DNA from: Candidatus Iainarchaeum sp.
Lineage (GTDB): Archaea; Iainarchaeota; Iainarchaeia; Iainarchaeales; GCA-2688035
Assembly: GCA_028713935.1 (NCBI GenBank)
Contig: JAQTNI010000006.1
Coordinates: 1-32,000 of the forward strand
Length of the DNA stretch: 32,000 nt
Reading direction: 5' to 3'
The notes below the pieces were generated by a model. The model was not told the origin of the DNA, made no database searches, and was given only the letters and a program-made list of their open reading frames with translations. The position numbers and the translations under genes are program-made. How positions within the stretch are numbered: the first letter of the stretch is position 1; each line of letters opens with the position of its first letter. Positions 9,533-18,269 of this stretch are shown piece after piece.

Positions 9533-9942
9533 AACTTGGTGCAGATGAGATTTTTTACCTGAACGCTTTGAATTCGATTTCCGGGGCAAATGCGAGGGAC
9601 TGTGTTGTGCAGGGCAACACTGTGAGCTTCATTGTCAGGCCAGGGGAATTGGGCAGGGCAATTGGAAAAAACGCCCTGAACATAGAGCAGCTGAAAAAAA
9701 GGCTGAAAAAAAACATTGAAATTTTTGAATACTCCGAAAACGCAGGGGAATTTTTAAAAAAAGCGTTTTATAACATTGAATTCAAAAAAATTGATTCCGT
9801 TGAAGAACAGGGAAAAAAAGCCCTTGTGGTCGCGGTTGACGCGGAAAACAGGAGCAAAATGCTCAACAATTCAGGAAAAATAAAAAGAATAAAAGAAATC
9901 GCAAAAAGGAATTATGGAATAGAGGAAATAAAAATCAGGTAA
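9529..9942 (+). CDS. nusA: Archaeal NusA-like transcription factor (two KH domains)
   Basis: 137 aa. GRAIGKNALNIEQLKKRL and a second KH-like segment (NNSGKIKRIKEIAKR). Canonical position between L30e and S12. There is a 4-nt ATGA overlap with rpl30e. Confidence 0.82.
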   Translation: MKLGADEIFYLNALNSISGANARDCVVQGNTVSFIVRPGELGRAIGKNALNIEQLKKRLKKNIEIFEYSENAGEFLKKAFYNIEFKKIDSVEEQGKKALVVAVDAENRSKMLNNSGKIKRIKEIAKRNYGIEEIKIR

Positions 9943-9970
9943 ATTTTGGAATTAAAAATTTGGTGAAGTT

Positions 9971-10399
9971 ATGGCAAGAGGAGAATTCGCAGCAAGAAGC
10001 CTTGAAAATGACAGGAAAAAATGGCGCTGGAAAGACCCGTATTACAAAAAAAAGAAAGACAGCTCCAAAAAGAAATACGATTTGCTAGAGGGAGCTCCAC
10101 AGGCAAGGGGGATTGTGCTTGAAAAAAGAGGCGTAACTGCAAAACAGCCAAACTCCGGAATCAGAAAATGCGTAAGAGTGCAACTTACAAAAAGCGGAAG
10201 GCAGCTTACAGCGCTTGCGCCTTATGACGGCGCAATAAAGCACATTGACGAGCATGACGAAGTAATAGTTGAAGGAATCGGCGGCGCAAAAGGCGGCCCA
10301 AAAGGAGACCTTTGGGGAGTAAAATTCAGGGTTACTCATGTGAATAACCAATGCCTTGAAATGCTGCGCACAGGCAAAAAAGAAAAAGTGAAAAGGTAA
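9971..10399 (+). CDS. rps12: Ribosomal protein S12 (uS12)
   Basis: [46 protein letters not shown] is the conserved uS12 core. Confidence 0.97.
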   Translation: MARGEFAARSLENDRKKWRWKDPYYKKKKDSSKKKYDLLEGAPQARGIVLEKRGVTAKQPNSGIRKCVRVQLTKSGRQLTALAPYDGAIKHIDEHDEVIVEGIGGAKGGPKGDLWGVKFRVTHVNNQCLEMLRTGKKEKVKR

Positions 10400-10413
10400 A
10401 ATTTTGTTTATCA

Positions 10414-10472
10414 AAAGTGTAAGTTCTTTTCTTTGGGAAACTTACACTTTCTTTTCTTCCAAGAAAAGAAAG
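10414..10472 (+). promoter_or_regulatory. Structured S12-S7 intercistronic element with two overlapping 12-bp hairpins; the A-rich arm abuts the rps7 SD
   Basis: AAAGTGTAAGTT (10414-10425) pairs with AACTTACACTTT (10439-10450). CTTTCTTTTCTT (10447-10458) pairs with AAGAAAAGAAAG (10461-10472). GGGGAG (10472-10477) lies 5 nt before the ATG at 10483. Confidence 0.6.
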
Positions 10473-10482
10473 GGGAGATTTT

Positions 10483-11088
10483 ATGGACAGCTTGATTTTT
10501 GGAAAATGGGACACAAAAGATTTGCAGATAAAAGACCTTGGGCTTGCAAGATACGTGAACCTGAAGGCAAAAACAATTCCGCATACATTCGGCAGGGTTG
10601 CAAAAAAAAGATTTGAAAAAGCAAACATAAGCATTGTTGAAAGGCTGATAAACAAGGTAATGCGCTCTGGCCAGGGAAAAAGAAAAATGAGCGGAAAATA
10701 CATAAGAGGAAGAAACAGCTGCGGAAAAAAGCTCCAGGCAATGAAAATCATTGAAAAGGCATTTGAAAGGGTTGAAAGGGAAACAAAGCAAAACCCCGTA
10801 CAGGTTTTGATAAAGGCAATTGAAAATTCCGCCCCAAGGGAAGATGTCACAAGAATAAAAAGAGGCGGAGTAATGTACACACAGGCAGTCGACCTTTCCC
10901 CCCTGAAAAGAGTTGACGAGGCATTGAAAAATATTGCATTAGCCGCTTTTTCAGGAAGCTTCAACAACAAGAAAAAAGCCGAAGATGCCCTTGCGGAAGA
11001 AATAATTTCAGCTTCAAAAGAAGACAACAAAAGCTTTTCAGTAAAAAGGCGCGACGAAGTTGAAAGAATAGCAAAAGCGTCAAGATAA
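10483..11088 (+). CDS. rps7: Ribosomal protein S7 (uS7)
   Basis: LIFGKWD...RLINKVMRSG...NPVQVLIKAIENSAPREDVTRIKRGGVMYTQAVDLSPLKRVDEALKNI is typical archaeal uS7. Confidence 0.95.
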   Translation: MDSLIFGKWDTKDLQIKDLGLARYVNLKAKTIPHTFGRVAKKRFEKANISIVERLINKVMRSGQGKRKMSGKYIRGRNSCGKKLQAMKIIEKAFERVERETKQNPVQVLIKAIENSAPREDVTRIKRGGVMYTQAVDLSPLKRVDEALKNIALAAFSGSFNNKKKAEDALAEEIISASKEDNKSFSVKRRDEVERIAKASR

Positions 11089-11162
11089 ATTTCTTTTTTG
11101 CTTACAAATTTTTTTTGAAAAATCAGAGCCAAATTTTTAAAACAAAAAAAAACGTGATTGCA

Positions 11163-13355
11163 ATGACAAAAAGAGAAGACATGGTTGAACTGGCAGAAAA
11201 AATGATGGCTGACAGGAAAAACATAAGAAACATTGGGACAGTGGCGCACATTGACCATGGAAAAACAACTTTGTCAGATGCGCTGATTGCAGCGGCAGGA
11301 CTCATAAGCCAGGAAGTTGCAGGAACAGCGCAGATAATGGATTACGAGGACCAGGAACAGCAAAGAGGCATAACAATCAATGCCGCAAACATTTCACTTG
11401 TTTTTGATTATGAAAACGAAAAAACACTCGTCAACCTAATTGACACGCCGGGGCATGTTGATTTTACAGGCGAAGTAATAAGGGCAATGAGGGCAGTTGA
11501 CGGAGTAATTGTTGTTGTTGATGCAGTTGAAGGAATAATGCCACAAACTGAAACAGTGATAAGGCAGGCATTAAAGGAATATGTAAAGCCAGTGCTTTTC
11601 ATAAACAAAGTTGACAGGCTGATTAACGAACTGAAAGTTTCAGAAGAAGAAATGCAAAAAAGATTTTTAAAAGTCATTGCGGCAATCAACAGCCTTATCA
11701 GCAAAAATGCAGCAGGCGAATTCAAGGAAAAATGGCTAGTAAACCCAGCAAACGGAAGCGTTGCATTCGGCTCTGCAAAAAGAAAATGGGCCGTCTCAGT
11801 TCCGTATATGCAAAAATCAAAAATCAATTTCAAGCAGATTTATTCCTACCTTAAAAACGATGACCAAAAAAAGCTCGCCGAAATAAGCCCTGTTTATGAG
11901 GTTGTTTTGAAAATGGCGCGAGACCACCTGCCCAACCCCTTGGAAGCACAAAAATACAGGACCAAAAACATCTGGACAGGCGACCTTGAATCAGAAATCG
12001 GAAAATCAATGCAGGCTTGCGATGAAAAAGGCGAAATAGCAATGATGATTACAGATGTAAGCGTAAATCCCCATGTTGGCGACATTGCCACTGGCAGGAT
12101 TTACTCTGGCACACTGAAAAACGGGGTTATTGTAAAACTCTTGGGAATGCAGAAAGAAATCAGGATACAAAAAGCAGGAGTTTTTATGGGGCCGGAATTT
12201 ATTGATGTCACAAAGGCGGAAGCCGGCAATGTTGCGGCAATAGTCGGCTTGAAAGAAGTTTTTGCAGGCGAAACAATTTCCACAATTGACATGAAGCAAT
12301 TTGAAAGCTTCAAATCTTCTGTTGAACCAGTAATGACTGTCAGCGTAGAGGCAAAACAAACAAAAGACTTGCCAAAACTAATCCAGGTTTTAAGGCAGCT
12401 TTCAAAAGAAGACCCAAACCTCAGGACATCAATAAACCAGGAAACAGGAGAACACCTGCTTTCGGGAATGGGCGAGCTTCATCTTGATGTCAACAGGTAC
12501 AGGATAGAAGAAACGCACAAAATTCCAATTGCAATGGGAGCGCCGATTGTTGTTTACAAAGAAGCAATTACAAAGCCATCGCAAACACTTGAAGGAATTT
12601 CCCCGAACAGGCACAACAAATTCAAAATGAGAGTGGAACCAGTTCCTGAAGAAATTTTGCTGAAGCTTGTTGAAGCAAAAATAGAGGCAAAAATAAGGCT
12701 AAAAGACAAGGAAATAATGTCAAGGCTGGAAGAATGCGGATTTGAAAAAGAAATGTCAAAAAAAACATGGTGCGTGCACAACAACAATTTGCTTGTAGAT
12801 TCAACAAGGGGAATTGTGGCGCTGCATGAAATAAAAGAGCTTGTAATACAGGGCTTTGAAGACGCAATGGACGAAGGCCCTATTGCAAAAGAAAAATGCT
12901 TCGGGGTAATGGTAATACTTGAAGACGCAACTTTGCATGAGGACAGCATTCACCGCGGCCCTGCACAAGTACTGCCTGCAATTACAAGAACAATTTTTGC
13001 AGGAATGCTTTCAACAGACCACATACTGCTTGAACCAAAACAATTATTGTCAATCACAGTGCCAAGCGATTACATGGGCGCAGTAACAAAAGAACTTGGG
13101 TCAAAAAGGACACAAATTTCAGAAATTCGGACAGAAGGCGACACAACAGTAATTGTTGCAAAAGCCCCTGTAAAAGAACTGATCGGCTTCAGCGCAGACA
13201 TGCGCGGAGCAACCCAGGGAAGAGCAGTCTGGACAGCGGAATACGCAGGCTATGAAGTCCTGCCAAGAGAACTGCAAAAAGGCATAATCACAGAAGTAAG
13301 AAAAAGAAAAGGCCTGGAACCAGAGCCAAAAGCATGGCAATTCTTCCTGGAGTAA
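11163..13355 (+). CDS. fusA: Translation elongation factor 2 (aEF-2)
   Basis: G1 motif AHIDHGKTTL, DTPGHVDF, NKVDR, and the diphthamide-site motif HEDSIHRG. The track ORF begins at TTG 11115; the ATG at 11163 (MTKRED...) gives the canonical N-terminus. Confidence 0.97.
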   Translation: MTKREDMVELAEKMMADRKNIRNIGTVAHIDHGKTTLSDALIAAAGLISQEVAGTAQIMDYEDQEQQRGITINAANISLVFDYENEKTLVNLIDTPGHVDFTGEVIRAMRAVDGVIVVVDAVEGIMPQTETVIRQALKEYVKPVLFINKVDRLINELKVSEEEMQKRFLKVIAAINSLISKNAAGEFKEKWLVNPANGSVAFGSAKRKWAVSVPYMQKSKINFKQIYSYLKNDDQKKLAEISPVYEVVLKMARDHLPNPLEAQKYRTKNIWTGDLESEIGKSMQACDEKGEIAMMITDVSVNPHVGDIATGRIYSGTLKNGVIVKLLGMQKEIRIQKAGVFMGPEFIDVTKAEAGNVAAIVGLKEVFAGETISTIDMKQFESFKSSVEPVMTVSVEAKQTKDLPKLIQVLRQLSKEDPNLRTSINQETGEHLLSGMGELHLDVNRYRIEETHKIPIAMGAPIVVYKEAITKPSQTLEGISPNRHNKFKMRVEPVPEEILLKLVEAKIEAKIRLKDKEIMSRLEECGFEKEMSKKTWCVHNNNLLVDSTRGIVALHEIKELVIQGFEDAMDEGPIAKEKCFGVMVILEDATLHEDSIHRGPAQVLPAITRTIFAGMLSTDHILLEPKQLLSITVPSDYMGAVTKELGSKRTQISEIRTEGDTTVIVAKAPVKELIGFSADMRGATQGRAVWTAEYAGYEVLPRELQKGIITEVRKRKGLEPEPKAWQFFLE

Positions 13356-13356
13356 A

Positions 13357-13429
13357 GCTTTTCTTTGCAGAGCAAAGAAAACCTTGGAAAAGAAACAATT
13401 TGCCTCTGGCAAATTGTGGTTCGCTTCGC
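13357..13429 (+). repeat. Post-fusA copy of the composite intergenic repeat: a hairpin, a TTGGAAAAGA box, a second hairpin, then TTCGCTTCGC
   Basis: The 10-bp stem TTTTCTTTGC (13359-13368) / GCAAAGAAAA (13372-13381) starts 4 nt after the stop codon. There is a 9-bp stem CAATTTGCC (13396-13404) / GGCAAATTG (13408-13416). TTCGCTTCGC (13420-13429) is shared with 26429-26438. Confidence 0.6.
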
Positions 13430-13612
13430 TCACAAAAAAATTAAGCGGCACAAAAAATTTTGGAATATTTTGCAGCCGAAATGCTTTATTTTTGGCTTTA
13501 AGGCATCGGTTTTTAAAGATTTTGAAAGCCAAACTATTAATCAAAAATATAAACGTGTTTCCAATTTTTCCTCTAAAAAATTGGTGGCGAATTTTTTATT
13601 GGAGGTAATTTC

Positions 13613-14884
13613 ATGGCAGAAAAGCCACATCTGAACCTGGTATTTATAGGACACGTAGACCATGGCAAATCAACAACTGTCGGAAGGCTTTTGTATGATT
13701 CCGGAGCCTTGAGCGAACAGGAATACAGAAAAATCAAGGCAGACGCCGACGCCCTTGGAAAAGGCACATTTGCATTCGCATTCGTAATGGACAGGCTGAA
13801 AGAAGAAAGGGAAAGAGGCGTAACAATTGATGTTGCTTACAAAAAATTTGAAGGAAAAAACAATTATTTTACAGTAATTGACGCTCCTGGCCACAGGGAT
13901 TTCGTAAAAAACATGATAACTGGCACAAGCCAGGCAGACGCATGCGTCCTTGTTGTTGCAGCAAAAGAAGGAGTGCAGCCACAGACAAAAGAACACGCAT
14001 TCCTGGCACAGGTAATGGGCCTAAAGCAGATTATAATTGCAATAAACAAAATGGACGAAGTAAACTACGACGAAGCAAAATTCAAAGCAGTAAAAGACGA
14101 AATGTCAAAACTATTGACAAGCGTGGGCTATAAAATAGACACAGTAAAATTCGTTCCAATTTCAGGCTGGGTTGGAGACAATGTAGCCAAAAAATCAGAC
14201 AAAATGAAATGGTACACTGGAAAAACACTGCTTGAATCACTTGATGAATTTAAGGCACCATCATTGCCAACAGACAAGCCATTGAGGCTTCCATTGCAGG
14301 ATGTTTACAATATCAAAGGTGTGGGAACAGTCCCAGTTGGCAGGGTTGAAACAGGCATCCTAAGGCCTGGAGACAAAATAATTGTCAACCCCCCAGGAGT
14401 TGTTGGAGAAGTAAAAACAATTGAAATGCACCACGAACAATTAAAAGAAGCAAGGCCGGGAGACAACATTGGATTCAATGTAAGAGGCCTGACAAAAGAC
14501 CAGATAGCAAGAGGAGATGTTGCAGGGCATGAAAAAGACCCTCCGACAGTTGCAAAAGACTTTACAGCACAAATTGTGGTGCTAAACCACCCGACAGCAA
14601 TTCCAATCGGATACACTCCAGTATTCCACTTGCACACTGCGCAGTTGTCATGCACAATCACTGAAATCCAGAAAAAACTTGATGTAAAAACAGGGCAAAC
14701 AAAAGAGGAAAACCCGAAGTTTTTGAAAACAGGAGATGCGGCAATAGTAAAAATTGTCCCTACAAAGCCGGTCGTGGTTGAAGAATACAAAAAATTCCCA
14801 CAGCTCGGAAGGTTTGCAATAAGGGATATGGGGCAAACAGTTGCTGCAGGAATTGTTTTAAGCGTAACGCCAAGAACAAAATAA
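13613..14884 (+). CDS. tuf: Translation elongation factor 1-alpha (aEF-1alpha)
   Basis: [21 protein letters not shown], and full-length similarity to the EF-1alpha pattern. A strong SD, GGAGGT (13601-13606), is present. Confidence 0.98.
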   Translation: MAEKPHLNLVFIGHVDHGKSTTVGRLLYDSGALSEQEYRKIKADADALGKGTFAFAFVMDRLKEERERGVTIDVAYKKFEGKNNYFTVIDAPGHRDFVKNMITGTSQADACVLVVAAKEGVQPQTKEHAFLAQVMGLKQIIIAINKMDEVNYDEAKFKAVKDEMSKLLTSVGYKIDTVKFVPISGWVGDNVAKKSDKMKWYTGKTLLESLDEFKAPSLPTDKPLRLPLQDVYNIKGVGTVPVGRVETGILRPGDKIIVNPPGVVGEVKTIEMHHEQLKEARPGDNIGFNVRGLTKDQIARGDVAGHEKDPPTVAKDFTAQIVVLNHPTAIPIGYTPVFHLHTAQLSCTITEIQKKLDVKTGQTKEENPKFLKTGDAAIVKIVPTKPVVVEEYKKFPQLGRFAIRDMGQTVAAGIVLSVTPRTK

Positions 14885-14907
14885 AAAGTTGCGCAAACAA
14901 ACAATGC

Positions 14908-14940
14908 GGAAGTAAAGTTTTTTTTACTTCCTTTTCCCTT
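14908..14940 (+). terminator. Hairpin plus T-tract after tuf
   Basis: GGAAGTAAA (14908-14916) pairs with TTTACTTCC (14923-14931), 9 bp, followed by CTTTTCCCTTAATTTTT. Confidence 0.5.
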
Positions 14941-14981
14941 AATTTTTAAAAAATTTTTTCAGAAAAAAAAGGTGTATGGGA

Positions 14982-15290
14982 ATGCAAAAAGCCAGGATAA
15001 AGCTCACTAGCCCTGATTTTAAACAGCTTACGGAAATCTGCGGGCAACTGCTTGACGTGGCAGAAAAAACAGGCGTAAAGCATTCCGGCGCAATCCCATT
15101 GCCAACAAAAAAACTCGTTATCCCCACAAGAAAAGCGCCTTGCGGAGGCGGAACAGAAACATACGAAAAATGGCAGCTCCGCATACACAAGCGCATAATA
15201 GACATAGAAGCGGATGAAAGAACACTCCGCAGAATAATGCGGGTGGAAGTCCCGGAAGCAGTGCATTTGGAAATAGAACTCAAAGAATAG
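14982..15290 (+). CDS. rps10: Ribosomal protein S10 (uS10)
   Basis: ARIKLTSPDFKQL...GAIPLPTKKLVIPTRKAPCGGGTETYEKWQLRIHKRIIDI is the uS10 core. SD AGGTG (14970-14974) lies 7 nt before ATG 14982; the track start at 14976 adds 2 residues. Confidence 0.95.
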   Translation: MQKARIKLTSPDFKQLTEICGQLLDVAEKTGVKHSGAIPLPTKKLVIPTRKAPCGGGTETYEKWQLRIHKRIIDIEADERTLRRIMRVEVPEAVHLEIELKE

Positions 15291-15357
15291 TGCTATTTTT
15301 TACACAAGTCAAACAGGGCTAGGAAGATTTTTATTTCTCTGCTGCCTATTATTTCTG

Positions 15358-17022
15358 ATGTTTTCCAAAAATAAATGCAAGGCAGGCATAATGCTGCTGG
15401 CATTCCTTTTTTTTGCTGCAAGCGTTATGGCGGCCTGCGGCAATGGAAGCTGTGAAACAGGCGAGGATTATTCAAATTGCCCAAGTGATTGCCAAAACCC
15501 GAATTATGATCTTGTAATCGATTCTCCCGCTGCGTCTTCTTCTTTTCTGCGCGGCGATACTATTGTAATAACCGCACATATTTTTGACAGGCAAAAAAAT
15601 GTTTTGCTGACTGATTATTTCACTGCAAGGGGTTTCTTCGGGAGCCTGCAATTGTACGATGACGGGGACCACAATGACGGCAGGTGGAAAGACGGAATTT
15701 TTGGAAATTACTCCAGGATACACACAGACCAAAACAGGGGAATTGCCCTGATTTCAATTGCAGCGGGAATAGGAAAAACCTATTTGCTGAAAAAAATAAG
15801 CATTGAAATCAAGCCGGAACTCACAACAAGCCTTAAGACAGACAAGGAAATTTATTATTTGGGCGACGAGGTTATTTTTACAGGAACAGTTGCACGGCAC
15901 AATGTTCCCCTGGAAAAAGAATTTGATTTGGCTGTTTCGGATCCAAAAAACAAGGAATACAAAATTCCAGTGAAAACAAATGCCGAAGGAATTTTTATTG
16001 CAAAACTGCACACTTCCATGATTGATTCTGCGGGAACATGGAATGCAAAATTTTATTTTCTTGACGATTTGAACAACACTGCAAAAAGCGAGTCAGGCTT
16101 CCAGGTAAAAAATCCCGAGGCAAAATCACTGCTCAGCATCCAAATGGTTGAACCGCCGTCATTGTTTTACAGGAGAGGCAATGACCTGCTTTTGCTGATA
16201 AAAATTTCCGATGACCTTGGGAATGAAATCAGCGATGCGAATATAGAGCTTATTTCCCCGCTTGGAACGAAAACGCCTTTTGAAAAAAGCGATTCCAACC
16301 AGTTCTTTGTGGCAATAAAGGTGCCAGTGTCAATGCCAATGGGCAAGCAGAGCTTTTTAATAAATGCAAAAGCGATTTCGGAAAATGTCTGGAAAAGCGG
16401 CGACCTGAATATCCAGCTTAACATAAAGGATATTGGAATAAAAACAGAGCTTTTGTCGCCAATGTCAAATCAGATTCAGGTTGGCGAAACAGCAAATTTC
16501 AGCGTAAGAATGTATTACGAAAACGGCGAGCCCCTTTACACAAAAGTAGTGCCTGCAAAAATAAATGGAAAAGACATTGTGCTTGAGTATAAAGAAACCG
16601 GTGTTTATTCCGGCAAATATTACATAGAACCAGGTGATTCAAAAGTTGACTTTGCAATAGATTTTACTGACGAATTTGGGAACAAAGGCGCTTTTTCAGC
16701 GGAATTAAGCGTTGAAGGCACATCAATACAGTATTATTTAAAGGAATATTTTTACATTATCCTTGCAATCATTGCAATTGGAGCAATATTGCTCTGGTTC
16801 CTGAGAATGCGCATAAAGTACAATCTTGAAGTTTCAAGGCTTAGGAAAAAAATTGCCTTATACGAAGAATTAATGGAAAAAGCTGACAGGGATTTTGTGG
16901 AAGGCATTATTACCAGGGATGAATTCAACAGAATCACTACAAAGTACACTGCGGAACTGGCTGTCGCAAAAAGCAAAATTGTGGAATTGGAGGCGCGCGG
17001 GCATGGAAAAAAACAGCAGTAG
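15358..17022 (+). CDS. Single-pass (type I) surface protein P1. It has a signal peptide, a CGNGSCE...NCPSDC Cys motif, MG/Ig-like beta-sandwich repeats, a C-terminal TM helix and a SHOCT-like cytoplasmic tail.
   Basis: N-terminus MFSKNKCKAGIMLLAFLFFAASVMA. Cys motif at 15436-15492. A macroglobulin-like segment (TDKEIYYLGDEVIFTG...AGTWNAKFYF). TM helix YFYIILAIIAIGAILLWFL (about 16747-16803). The tail carries GIITRDEFNRITTKY. A TATA-like TTTTTATTT box is centred about 26 nt upstream of the ATG. Confidence 0.8.
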   Translation: MFSKNKCKAGIMLLAFLFFAASVMAACGNGSCETGEDYSNCPSDCQNPNYDLVIDSPAASSSFLRGDTIVITAHIFDRQKNVLLTDYFTARGFFGSLQLYDDGDHNDGRWKDGIFGNYSRIHTDQNRGIALISIAAGIGKTYLLKKISIEIKPELTTSLKTDKEIYYLGDEVIFTGTVARHNVPLEKEFDLAVSDPKNKEYKIPVKTNAEGIFIAKLHTSMIDSAGTWNAKFYFLDDLNNTAKSESGFQVKNPEAKSLLSIQMVEPPSLFYRRGNDLLLLIKISDDLGNEISDANIELISPLGTKTPFEKSDSNQFFVAIKVPVSMPMGKQSFLINAKAISENVWKSGDLNIQLNIKDIGIKTELLSPMSNQIQVGETANFSVRMYYENGEPLYTKVVPAKINGKDIVLEYKETGVYSGKYYIEPGDSKVDFAIDFTDEFGNKGAFSAELSVEGTSIQYYLKEYFYIILAIIAIGAILLWFLRMRIKYNLEVSRLRKKIALYEELMEKADRDFVEGIITRDEFNRITTKYTAELAVAKSKIVELEARGHGKKQQ

Positions 17023-18202
17023 CTTTCTCGCCCTGGCTTTTCTTGCATGGCTTGCAATTATGCTGCCATATGCCTCTGCAATAAACATTGAGGCACAGCA
17101 AAATATTGAAAAAGGCAAAACCCTGAAAATAATTGGCAATGCAAATTTTGGAAAAGTTACAATAAAAATCCTTTTTTCAGGCAGCACTGTAAAGGAAACA
17201 GAACTGGAAACTGAAAGCGATGGCAATTTTTCATTTGATTACAATGTCGCCTTTAATGACCCAAGCGGAACCTGGAGAATAATTGCAATACAAGGCGAAG
17301 ACAGGAACACTGCTTTTTCCAGAATAAAAAATTCCAACGAATCAGCTTTTTTGTTCATCAAGTTTTTCAGCCCTTCAAAGCAAAACTTTACTGCAACTGA
17401 AAACATTTTTTTCAGCGTAAGAATCACGGATTCCGGAAAGCTTGTTGAAAGAGCAGTGACTTATGCCTGGTTTCCGCAACTTGGCAAAACCCCCCTCCAG
17501 GAAAGCGAAAAAGGAGTGTATTCGGGAGAACTGCAAATTCCCGCAATTTTGCAGGGCGGGGACTATAATGTAATTGTAACATCGGAAAAAGTATCATCAA
17601 AAGAAGAAAAAGCAGGCGGGGAAAATGTTTTGCAAATAAGCATTGCAAAACCGGAATTAATCATAACACTGCTGAAACCCACCCTTTACGAGGCAAAAAT
17701 TGCAAAGCCAATTGAAATCGTTGCAGTGCCTTCCTACAGCACAGGCATTGTTCCAGAAGAAGCGCAAATCACTGCAGAAATAAATGGCAAAAAAATAAAT
17801 CTTGAAAAAACCGCAGAGGGCTTTTCAGCAACATATGTGCCGAGTGAACAGGACGGCAGCCTTCTAAACATCAAAATCATCGGATATGATTCCTTTGGCA
17901 ATTCCGGAAAAAAAGAATTTTCAATGAAAATAACAGGCTTTGAAGAAAATTTTTTGGAAAAAAACTGGTTGTTTTTCATAATCTGCATTGCACTTGCAAT
18001 AGCGGCAATTGCAGCAGGAGCCTGGTTTTTCAGGAACAGGAATGCAACAAGGCAGACTGAGCAGAAAAAAAAGGAAATTGAAACAAAAATGAAAAAAGTT
18101 GAGGAAAGCTTTTACAAGCGGCCAACAGTGGACAGAAAAACTTTTGACGAGGTCCTGTCAAAATACAGGGAAGACCTCAATGACCTTAAAGGTAAAGAAT
18201 AA
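17003..18202 (+). CDS. Single-pass surface protein P2, a paralog of P1 (signal peptide, beta-sandwich repeats, C-terminal TM, related cytoplasmic tail)
   Basis: The ATG at 17003 is preceded by GGAGG (16990-16994) and yields the signal peptide MEKNSSSFLALAFLAWLAIMLPYASA. The gene overlaps the P1 stop by 20 nt. Segments shared with P1 include KGVYSGE / TGVYSGK and PSGTWRIIA / AGTWNAKF. TM helix WLFFIICIALAIAAIAAGAWFF. The tail is TVDRKTFDEVLSKYREDL. Confidence 0.8.
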   Translation: MEKNSSSFLALAFLAWLAIMLPYASAINIEAQQNIEKGKTLKIIGNANFGKVTIKILFSGSTVKETELETESDGNFSFDYNVAFNDPSGTWRIIAIQGEDRNTAFSRIKNSNESAFLFIKFFSPSKQNFTATENIFFSVRITDSGKLVERAVTYAWFPQLGKTPLQESEKGVYSGELQIPAILQGGDYNVIVTSEKVSSKEEKAGGENVLQISIAKPELIITLLKPTLYEAKIAKPIEIVAVPSYSTGIVPEEAQITAEINGKKINLEKTAEGFSATYVPSEQDGSLLNIKIIGYDSFGNSGKKEFSMKITGFEENFLEKNWLFFIICIALAIAAIAAGAWFFRNRNATRQTEQKKKEIETKMKKVEESFYKRPTVDRKTFDEVLSKYREDLNDLKGKE

Positions 18203-18269
18203 AAACATTGAAATCCAACATAATACTAATTGTTTTTGCCAATGCTGAAAATCAAAAAAAAGTGTTTTT

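Noticed and set aside
10332-11258. A 308-aa ORF on the minus strand
   Set aside because: It is fully antisense to rps7 and the start of fusA. The product is Phe/Ser/Leu/Cys-rich low-complexity sequence. That is the expected mirror of a Lys/Glu/Arg-rich (AAR/GAR) sense strand, which rarely generates stops in the antisense frame.
13365-13634. ORFs of 89 aa and 74 aa in the fusA-tuf spacer
   Set aside because: They have no SD and a low-complexity basic composition, and they run through the palindromic repeat and the tuf promoter and SD. They are more likely non-coding.
14305-14904. A 199-aa minus-strand ORF
   Set aside because: It is antisense to tuf, whose identity is unambiguous.
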